From NCBI GenBank assembly GCA_964533575.1, contig CAZHMG010000003.1, positions 10,276 to 74,275 of the forward strand: 64,000 nt of DNA. The letters run 5' to 3'. The DNA comes from an uncultured Thermoleophilia bacterium (GTDB lineage Bacteria; Actinomycetota; Thermoleophilia; UBA2241). Both the position numbers and the translations under genes were made by a program. The notes below the pieces were generated by a model that was given only the letters and a program-made list of their open reading frames with translations, was not told the DNA's origin and made no database searches. This document shows positions 29,366 through 37,424 of the stretch, piece by piece. Position 1 is the first letter of the stretch. Each line of letters opens with the position of its first letter.

Positions 29366-30967
29366 TCAGGCTGCTCTCTTGCGCTCCTCGAACCTCTCGC
29401 CGAGCTCCTCGGCCTGCTGCTGGTCCACGATCTGGCGTGCCGCCGGGAAGAACTCGCCTTCCTCCTCCTCCACGTGGTGCTGGACCAGGTCCGTGAGCAC
29501 CTTGAGTTTGGCGCTCCACTTCTCGTCGTCGTCGCCGCGCGCCAGCTCGCCGAGCACTCGCTTGGTCACTTTGTGTTCCTCGTACCCCTCGAGCACCAGT
29601 TTACGCGTCGCCTCCTCTTTCTCGAAGCGCTTGTACACCACCTTCTCCTCAGCTTCCATATGGCTGCTGAGCTCCTTCTCGAGCTTGTCGAAGATGCGCT
29701 TCTGCTTGCCCTTCTCGGCAAGCTGTTCGAGCAGGTCATTGACCTCGGCGTGCTCCTGTGTCAGCTCCTCGAAGATGTCCATCCGTCCTCCTCCGTCATC
29801 GTCAGGATGCCTAGAATCGGTACCCTCGACGGAGAGGCCGTTAACGCGGTCGGCCGTTCCCGGCGGGCGCGCGAAGGGGGCTACACAGGCTTCGAACCGC
29901 TGCAGCAGGTCGAGCACGGCGCGTTCCGCCACATGCTGAGCCTCGAGCGGCAGGGGGTAGGAATCACCGCCGAGGAGGGAGTCCGGGAGTTCGGCGGTCT
30001 CTCCCCGCAGAAATGCCTCCGTGACGTATGGGTGGATGTACGAGGATCGTGAGACCGCCGGGGTGTTGCCCAGTTGCTGGGCGACGTCCCGGACGACCCC
30101 GGGGATCGGGCTTCGCCTGCCCCGGGCGGCGCGGGCGGCACGCGCCAGTCCGAGCGCCGCGAGGACCGTGGCGTGCCATGTCCTGAAATCCTTGGCCGTG
30201 AAGGACCGGCCTGCCGACTGCTTGATGTAGTCGTTGATGTCGGAGGAGCGCACATCCCGCCATGCGCGATCGTCGTCCATGTAGGCAAGGAGCTCCTCGC
30301 CGCCCCCGCGCCGCAGCTCGAGGCGCCAGATGATGTGGCGCACATCATGGTCGTCTATGCTCACCGTCCGCTCGATGCCGCCTTTGGCGTCATAGCTGAA
30401 CCGGACGATTCCCGAACGCGTCACGGTCACGTGATCCCTGAGGATCGTGGCCAGGCCGAAGGTCGCGTTCTGGGCGGCGTAGCTCTCGCCGCCGACACGG
30501 AAGAGACCCAGATCGAGGAGGCGAACCGCGGCCGCCAGCACCTGCTCACGGCTCATGTCGTTGCGCGCCAGATCCTGTGCCACCTGCCGGCGCAGCGACG
30601 GCAGCGCCTCGGCGAAGGGGATCATGCGGCCGAACTTCTCCTCGCTGCGGCAGTCCCGCCAGCGCTCGTGATAGAGGTACTGGCGGCGACCGGCCGCATC
30701 CGTTCCCATCGCTTGGATGTGCCCGTTGCGCCAGGGGCAGATCCACACGTGTTCCCACGCCGGCGGGATCACCAGGGCTTCGATGCGGGCGAGCGTTGTC
30801 CCGTCGACGACGAGCAGCCCGTCGGCGTCCAGGTAGTCGAAGCCGTCGCCGCGACGGACGCGGCGCAGCCCCGGGAGTGACGGGTCGCTGCGCCGCAGGC
30901 GGCAGCGATCCGGCCGTTTGCGACGTGCCCGCCTCTCCTCATCACTCTGAGCTCCGCCGTGCGCCAC
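29366..30967 (-). CDS. Type IB DNA topoisomerase (bacterial TopIB) reading through in-frame into a C-terminal hemerythrin-like domain. The hemerythrin part (29366..29782) has its own SD+ATG.
   Basis: TopIB motifs are GLRRVRRGDGFDYLDADG, VIPPAWEHVWICP, FRVGGESYAAQNATFG, FTAKDFRTWHAT and the active-site SRSSYIHP (SKxxY). There is no stop codon before MDIFEELTQEHAEVNDLL...HHVEEEEGEFFP (hemerythrin HHE-type). GGAGGAGG sits 4 nt upstream of that internal ATG and also encodes DDDGGGR. The TopIB start (GTG at complement 30965-30967) is uncertain. Confidence 0.65.
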   Translation of the reverse strand: MAHGGAQSDEERRARRKRPDRCRLRRSDPSLPGLRRVRRGDGFDYLDADGLLVVDGTTLARIEALVIPPAWEHVWICPWRNGHIQAMGTDAAGRRQYLYHERWRDCRSEEKFGRMIPFAEALPSLRRQVAQDLARNDMSREQVLAAAVRLLDLGLFRVGGESYAAQNATFGLATILRDHVTVTRSGIVRFSYDAKGGIERTVSIDDHDVRHIIWRLELRRGGGEELLAYMDDDRAWRDVRSSDINDYIKQSAGRSFTAKDFRTWHATVLAALGLARAARAARGRRSPIPGVVRDVAQQLGNTPAVSRSSYIHPYVTEAFLRGETAELPDSLLGGDSYPLPLEAQHVAERAVLDLLQRFEACVAPFARPPGTADRVNGLSVEGTDSRHPDDDGGGRMDIFEELTQEHAEVNDLLEQLAEKGKQKRIFDKLEKELSSHMEAEEKVVYKRFEKEEATRKLVLEGYEEHKVTKRVLGELARGDDDEKWSAKLKVLTDLVQHHVEEEEGEFFPAARQIVDQQQAEELGERFEERKRAA

Positions 30968-31130
30968 AGCCAGCCGTCGCCTTCCGATGCTCGTCGTCGC
31001 CGAGGAACTTCCCGAGCGTGGGAGGGGCGAAACAGCACGCGGTGCCTGCGCCGGCAGCCGGTGAGGAAATGGTTTCGCCGCGCTCCGCGCGGGAACCTCA
31101 CGAGAGGTGCAGCTGTGAAGGAGGTGCAAG

Positions 31131-31196
31131 ATGTACATCGGAGTCGGAGCAGCCGTCGTGATTCTGATCATCATCCTGTTGATCATCCTGCTCTAG
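31131..31196 (+). CDS. Candidate 21-aa hydrophobic mini-protein (type I toxin-like or small membrane peptide)
   Basis: ATG MYIGVGAAVVILIIILLIILL TAG. AAGGAGGTG SD lies 4-5 nt upstream. It is an AT-rich codon island in a 70% GC genome. Not in the ORF track because it is below the size cutoff. Confidence 0.3.
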   Translation: MYIGVGAAVVILIIILLIILL

Positions 31197-31344
31197 GAGC
31201 GAGACGGCACGGTGACAGGCCCATCTGCTTGATCTCGATGAAGGAGAAACGATGGACTGGAACATCATTGAGGGCAAGTGAAGCCCACAAACGCGCCGAC
31301 GACCGGGCTCGTCGGCAGGCGGCGTGGTGCAGGGTCGAGGATGA

Positions 31345-31387
31345 GGGACACACCAGGCCCGCCCGCCGGGCGGGCCTGGTGTGTCCC
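31345..31387. repeat. 43-bp perfect palindrome (21-bp arms), candidate stem-loop, bidirectional terminator or protein-binding site
   Basis: gggacacaccaggcccgcccg c cgggcgggcctggtgtgtccc. Its reverse complement is identical except for the central base. Confidence 0.5.
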
Positions 31388-31466
31388 TCGTGTGACGGGA
31401 AGGTCACCCTTTGGCGGCCGTCCGTGTGATAGGGAAGACCGCCATTTGGCGGCACGATGGGGGTCT

Positions 31467-31495
31467 TGCGCAAGTCGCGCTGCCCTGCTATCATC
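31467..31495 (+). promoter_or_regulatory. Putative sigma-70-type promoter for the downstream sigma-factor gene
   Basis: TTGCGC, a 17-nt spacer, then TATCAT, ending about 78 nt upstream of the GTG start at 31574. Confidence 0.3.
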
Positions 31496-31573
31496 ACACG
31501 TTCACTTCGCACCGCTCCGCCGTGCGACGTTTCTTGACGACTGCAGCCCCGCTCGGGGCAGGAGATAGAGCGC

Positions 31574-32686
<1,113 letters not shown>

Positions 32687-32698
32687 CGCCCGACCCGG

Positions 32699-33580
32699 CT
32701 ACGGCGCCGGCGGAGGTGGCGGCGCCGTGCGGAGCGACGGCGCCGTCGCCAGCGCCGAGCCGAGCAGAACCAGCGGCATTCCCAGCGCTATTCCCAGCGT
32801 GAACGGCTCGCTGAGCACGATCACGCCGAGGAGCACTGCGACAAGCGGATTGACGTACGTCACGATCGTCGTGCGCGACGGTCCCACTTCGCGCACCAGG
32901 TCGAAGAACAGCAGGAAGGCGAGGGCCGTGCACACGAGCGACAGCGTGAGCACGGACCCGGCGGCGGCCGGCGACAACGACTGCGGCGGCCACAGCGCGA
33001 TCGCCGGCGCGTACAGCACGGCATTCATGATCAGCGATGCCGTGATGACGCCGAGGGTCGGCAGATCGCACAGATGCCGGTCGACGACGTAAGGGCCGAT
33101 GGCGAAGCACACGGCGACGCCGGCCATCTCGACCACGGCGAGGGGGTCGCTGGCGCCTATGTCGATTCCGACCAGCGCGACGACCCCCGCGAATCCGATG
33201 ATCAAGCCGATGGTCCGTCGCCGATCGTAGAGCTCGGCGCCGCTCCCCTTGCGGTAGAGGACGGCAGCGATGAGCGGCACCGAGGCGACCAGCAGTCCGG
33301 CAAGCGAGCTCGAGATTCGCTGCTGCGCATGCGACAGCAGCAGCCAGGGCAGCGATACCTCGACGAGCGTGTAGACAGCGACCCAGCGCCAATGCGAGAA
33401 CGCGAGCCGGAGCTGACCGCGGCGCAGGGCGAGCGGCGTGAGGAGGACGGCGGCCGGCAGAGCCCTCAGAAACACCAGGGTCTGCGGGGGGATCTCGCGC
33501 ACGGCGATGCTCGTGAACAGGTAGGGAATGCCCCAGATGATGCACAGGGCGATGAAGAGCGCCCAGCCGCGGCGTGACAC
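32699..33580 (-). CDS. EamA family transporter (DMT superfamily)
   Basis: 10-TM protein with two EamA-like halves (ALFIALCIIWGIPYLFTSIAV..., ...LSLVCTALAFLLFFDLVREVGPSRTTIVTYVNPLVAVLLGVIVLSEPF). Confidence 0.8.
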   Translation of the reverse strand: MSRRGWALFIALCIIWGIPYLFTSIAVREIPPQTLVFLRALPAAVLLTPLALRRGQLRLAFSHWRWVAVYTLVEVSLPWLLLSHAQQRISSSLAGLLVASVPLIAAVLYRKGSGAELYDRRRTIGLIIGFAGVVALVGIDIGASDPLAVVEMAGVAVCFAIGPYVVDRHLCDLPTLGVITASLIMNAVLYAPAIALWPPQSLSPAAAGSVLTLSLVCTALAFLLFFDLVREVGPSRTTIVTYVNPLVAVLLGVIVLSEPFTLGIALGMPLVLLGSALATAPSLRTAPPPPPAP

Positions 33581-33742
33581 GCGTCAGCCTGCGGAGAGGA
33601 TCGGCGCATCGGGCTTGATGCCCGGAAACGCCCGACGCATCGTCCTCTGTTTCGCCGGCTTGACGATCATAGGTACTATTCTATGCGCGCCCACCAGACC
33701 GTCGTGACCAGCTGACGTCGGGCGGCGTGGCGGAGGAGGGGG

Positions 33743-34369
33743 ATGAGCGAGCCCAGAGAGACAGCCCAATGCATCGAGGAAGTCGTCCCCGGTTTGCACC
33801 ACTGGCGCATCCACAACGGCGCGATCGGGGGCGGGATCTCCAGCTCTCACGCCCTGCTCACCGGTCAGGGCACGGTGTTCGTCGATCCCGTCCGCTTGTC
33901 CGACGACGCGCTGCAGTCGATACCTCGGCCGGCGGCGATCCTGCTGACCGCAACGTGTCACCAGCGGTCGGCGTGGCGCTACCGCTCCGCCTATGGCGCC
34001 TGCGTCTGGCTCCCGTCGGACGCCGACGCTGCCGACGAGGAGCCGGACCGGCGCTACGCGGAGGGAGACCTGCTGCCCGGCGGCCTCAGGGCGGTGCGCA
34101 CGCCGGGGCCAGAGTGGGCCCACTACTGCTTCCTCCTTGAACGAGACCCCGGCGTCCTGTTCTGCTCGGACCTCGTCATGCAACGCGACGACATCCCGGG
34201 CGGATTGGACTTCATCCCCGCCGAGTATCACGAGGATCCCGCGGAGACGCGGCGCAGCGTGCGGCGTCTGCTCGAACTTCCCTTCGGGGTTCTCTGCCTC
34301 GCACACGGCGCGCCGCTGACCGATGATCCGAAGGCGACGCTCCGCGAACTGCTCGAGTCCGGGCGGTGA
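33743..34369 (+). CDS. MBL-fold metallo-hydrolase
   Basis: A metallo-beta-lactamase-like fold. The ATCHQRS segment is probably the HxHxDH motif region. GGAGGAGGGGG SD is upstream of ATG 33743. Confidence 0.75.
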   Translation: MSEPRETAQCIEEVVPGLHHWRIHNGAIGGGISSSHALLTGQGTVFVDPVRLSDDALQSIPRPAAILLTATCHQRSAWRYRSAYGACVWLPSDADAADEEPDRRYAEGDLLPGGLRAVRTPGPEWAHYCFLLERDPGVLFCSDLVMQRDDIPGGLDFIPAEYHEDPAETRRSVRRLLELPFGVLCLAHGAPLTDDPKATLRELLESGR

Positions 34370-34455
34370 GCGCGGCCGCCGGCGTGAAGCGCGTGCAGCG
34401 TTGCCGCAGTCTGTCGCCTTCCACGGCCCTGTGTCCGTTTCGGGCGGCGCCATCG

Positions 34456-35690
34456 TGAGTTCAGGCCGCTGGGCGGCGGTGGCTGCGGCCGGCAGCAGGA
34501 TCCTGCTGGCGCTCGTCGCGCTCGTCACCATGCTGACGATCGGGGTGCGAGAACGGGCGCCGTTCCTCCGCGATCCGCGCGCCGAGGCGCTTGACGGCCC
34601 TGCGGCGGCGATGCTCGAGCCGTGGGCCCACTGGGACGGCGTATGGTTCATCCGCATCGCCGCCGACGGCTACGGCGCTCATCAGAACAGCCAGGCTTTC
34701 TTCCCGTTGTACCCGCTGCTGGTACGCGCCGTCTCCTGGGTGGCGGGCGACTTCGTCATCGCCGGCGTGCTCGTCTCGCTGACCTGCTACGCAGGCGCCA
34801 TGATCCTCCTCTACCAGCTAGTCAAGGAGGACTTCGGCGCTTCTGCCGGGGCCTGGACGATCGTCTTCATTTCGCTCTTCCCGACCGCGCTCGTGTTTCA
34901 GGCTGTGTACAGCGAATCGCTCTTCCTGCTGTTGTCAGTGGCCTGCTTCGCCGCCGCCCGGCGCGGCAACTGGCTGGCCGCGGGACTGGCCGGCCTGCTG
35001 GCGACGGCGACGCGCAGCAGCGGGCTGGCGCTGCTCGTGCCCTTGGCCTTCATGTGGTGGGAACAACGGCACGCCATCGCCCTGCGGCTGCCCGGGGGAC
35101 CGCAGGCGAGGGCGCCACGGCTTCGCCGGCCCACCCTGGCTTCGCTCGCCTGCCTCCTCCTCGTCCCTGCGGGCCTCGCGCTCTACATGGCGCATCTCTG
35201 GGCGACGTTCGGCGACCCGCTGCTGTTCGGACAGGTGCAGGCCAGCTGGGGACGCGCTTTCGCGGCGCCCTGGGCGTCCATCTGGCACGGAGCGGTCGAG
35301 GCGATTCGCGGTACGGGGTGGCTGCTCGCCAACGGGCCAGGCGAGCTGTTGGGCACGCGAAACGACTCGGGCGGCATGCCACTGGAGGTTCTCGGCAACC
35401 TCTACGAGTTCGCCGGGCTGCTGGCCGCGCTCGTCCTGCTCGCCCTGTGCTGGCGCAGGCTTCCCGCCGCCTACACGGTCTACGCGCTCGCGGCCTTCCT
35501 CTTCCCGCTCTTCTATCCCGCAGCGGGCCGCCCGCTCTCCAATCTGCCGCGTTTCGTGCTCGCCGACTTCCCGCTGTTCATCGCCCTGGCGGTGACCCTT
35601 GCGCCCCATCGCATTGCGCGATGGGTCGTCGCCGCGGTCATGGCGGCGCTGCTGATCGTGGGCACCGTCTACTTCGCCAGCTGGAGCTGA
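34456..35690 (+). CDS. Polytopic membrane protein, probable glycosyltransferase (mannosyltransferase PIG-V / DUF2029-like)
   Basis: A multi-TM protein with the conserved ...WDGVWFIRIAADGYGAHQNSQAFFPLYPLL... motif typical of GT-C membrane mannosyltransferases. The start is taken at GTG 34456, after the MBL gene stop at 34369. Confidence 0.55.
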
Positions 35691-35792
35691 CAGCCTCGCC
35701 TGACCCCGTCGTCCCTGCCCCGTGCTCGCTTGAAGCGCGTCGCGGCCTGTCGTGAAACCGTTGCTTAACGGTAGGGTTGCCCAGGGCACATC

Positions 35793-37424
35793 ATGCACAG
35801 CACATCAGCAGCGAGCATCGGAGGGACCATGGACCTGGTGCAGCTTTCACGCAAGGACCTCGACGCCGTCGTATTCGACATGGATGGCGTCGTCACGCGA
35901 ACGGCCGCCGTCCACGCCGCCGCTTGGAAGAGGCTCTTCGACGCCTACCTCGCCGGCCGCGGCGTGCGAGAGCAGGTCGTCTACGAACCCTTCGACGCGG
36001 ACGGCGACTACCGGCTCTATGTCGACGGCAAGCCGCGCTACGACGGCGTCGCCTCCTTCCTGCTCTCACGGGGCATCGAGCTTCCGTGGGGCGACCCGAG
36101 CGACCCCCCGGATGCAGAGACCGTCTGCGGGCTGGGCAACTCGAAGAACGACTACTTCCGCAGCGAGATCGAGGAGCACGGGGTGCGTCCGTTCGAGACC
36201 ACGGTCGATCTGGTCCGGGAGCTGCAGGCGCACGGGTTCGGGACAGCAATCATCTCCGCCAGCCGGAACGCCGAAGTCGTTTTGAACGCAGCCGGCGTCG
36301 GCGACCTGTTTCCGGTCCGCGTCGACGGCCTCGTCGCCGAAGAGCTCTCGCTGCCGGGCAAGCCGGATCCCGCCGTGTTCGTCGAGGCGGCTCGGCAGCT
36401 AGGGGCGACGCCGGCGCGCACGGCGATCGTCGAAGACGCCATCGCCGGCGTGACCGCCGGCCGCCGCGGAGCGTTCGCCCTCGTCATCGGCGTCGACCGC
36501 AGCGGCAGCGACGCCCCCGGCCTGCTCGAGAACGGCGCCGACGTCGTTGTTCGCGACCTGGCTGAGGTGGTCGTCGCCGAGGAGGGATCGCAGGCAGCAG
36601 CGCCGTCGATCGGCGCCGAGCAGAGACCGCGGGCAGCCGCGCCGACGATCAGCGCCGACGAGGTGGTGGCTGGGCTGGAAGGCGCTCTGGCGGTCTTCCT
36701 GGACTACGACGGCACGCTCACGCCGATTGTCAACGACCCGGCGGCAGCGTTTCTGCCGACGGCCATGCGGCCGGTGTTGGAGCGCCTCGCCAAGGTTTGT
36801 CCCGTCGCCATCGTGAGCGGCCGCGACTTGGCCGACGTGAAGCAGCTCGTCGCCGTAGAAGGCCTTGTCTACGCGGGCAGCCACGGCTACGACATCGATG
36901 CGCCCATGAACCTCGGCGGCCGCCGCCAGGTCGGAGACGACTACACGGCGGCCCTGGACGAGGCCGAGAAGGCGCTGCACGAGGAGCTCGACGGCATCCC
37001 GCGCGTCTTCATCGAGCGCAAGCGCTTCGCGATCGCCATCCACTATCGTAACGTCGATCCCGGCGACGAGCCGCGCGTCGACGACGGTGTGAGCCGCGTC
37101 GCCCCTCGCTTCGCCAATCTGCGCCGCACCGGCGGCAAGAAGGTCTTCGAGTTGCGCCCCGCGATGGCCTGGGACAAGGGGGCCCTGGTGCGCTGGCTGC
37201 TCGAGCAGCTCTCGGCGGCCAGCCACGCGCCGCTGACGCCTCTCTATATGGGCGACGATGTGACGGACGAGGACGCCTTCCGCGCCATAGCGGACGACGG
37301 CATCGGCGTCAGGGTCGGCGACCCCGGCGAAACCACCGCGGCGCGCTACGTCCTCGAGGACACCGAGGCCGCGCGCGAGTTCCTCGAGGAGCTCGCGGCC
37401 GCGCTCGAGGAGAGTGCCGCATGA
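35793..37424 (+). CDS. Bifunctional HAD hydrolase: beta-phosphoglucomutase-like domain fused to trehalose-6-phosphate phosphatase (OtsB-like) domain
   Basis: The N-terminal half has LDAVVFDMDGVVTRTAAVHAAAWKRLF...GKPDPAVFVEAARQLG...IVEDAIAGVTAG (beta-PGM HAD subfamily IA). The C-terminal half has LAVFLDYDGTLTPIV...IVSGRD...GSHGYD...LYMGDDVTDEDAF (T6PP HAD IIB). Its stop overlaps the GH65 start (ATGA). Confidence 0.8.
   Translation: MHSTSAASIGGTMDLVQLSRKDLDAVVFDMDGVVTRTAAVHAAAWKRLFDAYLAGRGVREQVVYEPFDADGDYRLYVDGKPRYDGVASFLLSRGIELPWGDPSDPPDAETVCGLGNSKNDYFRSEIEEHGVRPFETTVDLVRELQAHGFGTAIISASRNAEVVLNAAGVGDLFPVRVDGLVAEELSLPGKPDPAVFVEAARQLGATPARTAIVEDAIAGVTAGRRGAFALVIGVDRSGSDAPGLLENGADVVVRDLAEVVVAEEGSQAAAPSIGAEQRPRAAAPTISADEVVAGLEGALAVFLDYDGTLTPIVNDPAAAFLPTAMRPVLERLAKVCPVAIVSGRDLADVKQLVAVEGLVYAGSHGYDIDAPMNLGGRRQVGDDYTAALDEAEKALHEELDGIPRVFIERKRFAIAIHYRNVDPGDEPRVDDGVSRVAPRFANLRRTGGKKVFELRPAMAWDKGALVRWLLEQLSAASHAPLTPLYMGDDVTDEDAFRAIADDGIGVRVGDPGETTAARYVLEDTEAAREFLEELAAALEESAA

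Noticed and set aside
30959-31429. 156-aa plus-strand ORF (and its 64-aa sub-ORF MKEKRWTG...) over the TopIB/sigma intergenic region
   Set aside because: Arg-rich, low-complexity translation with mixed codon usage. The region is better explained by the mini-ORFs, the palindrome and the promoter elements.
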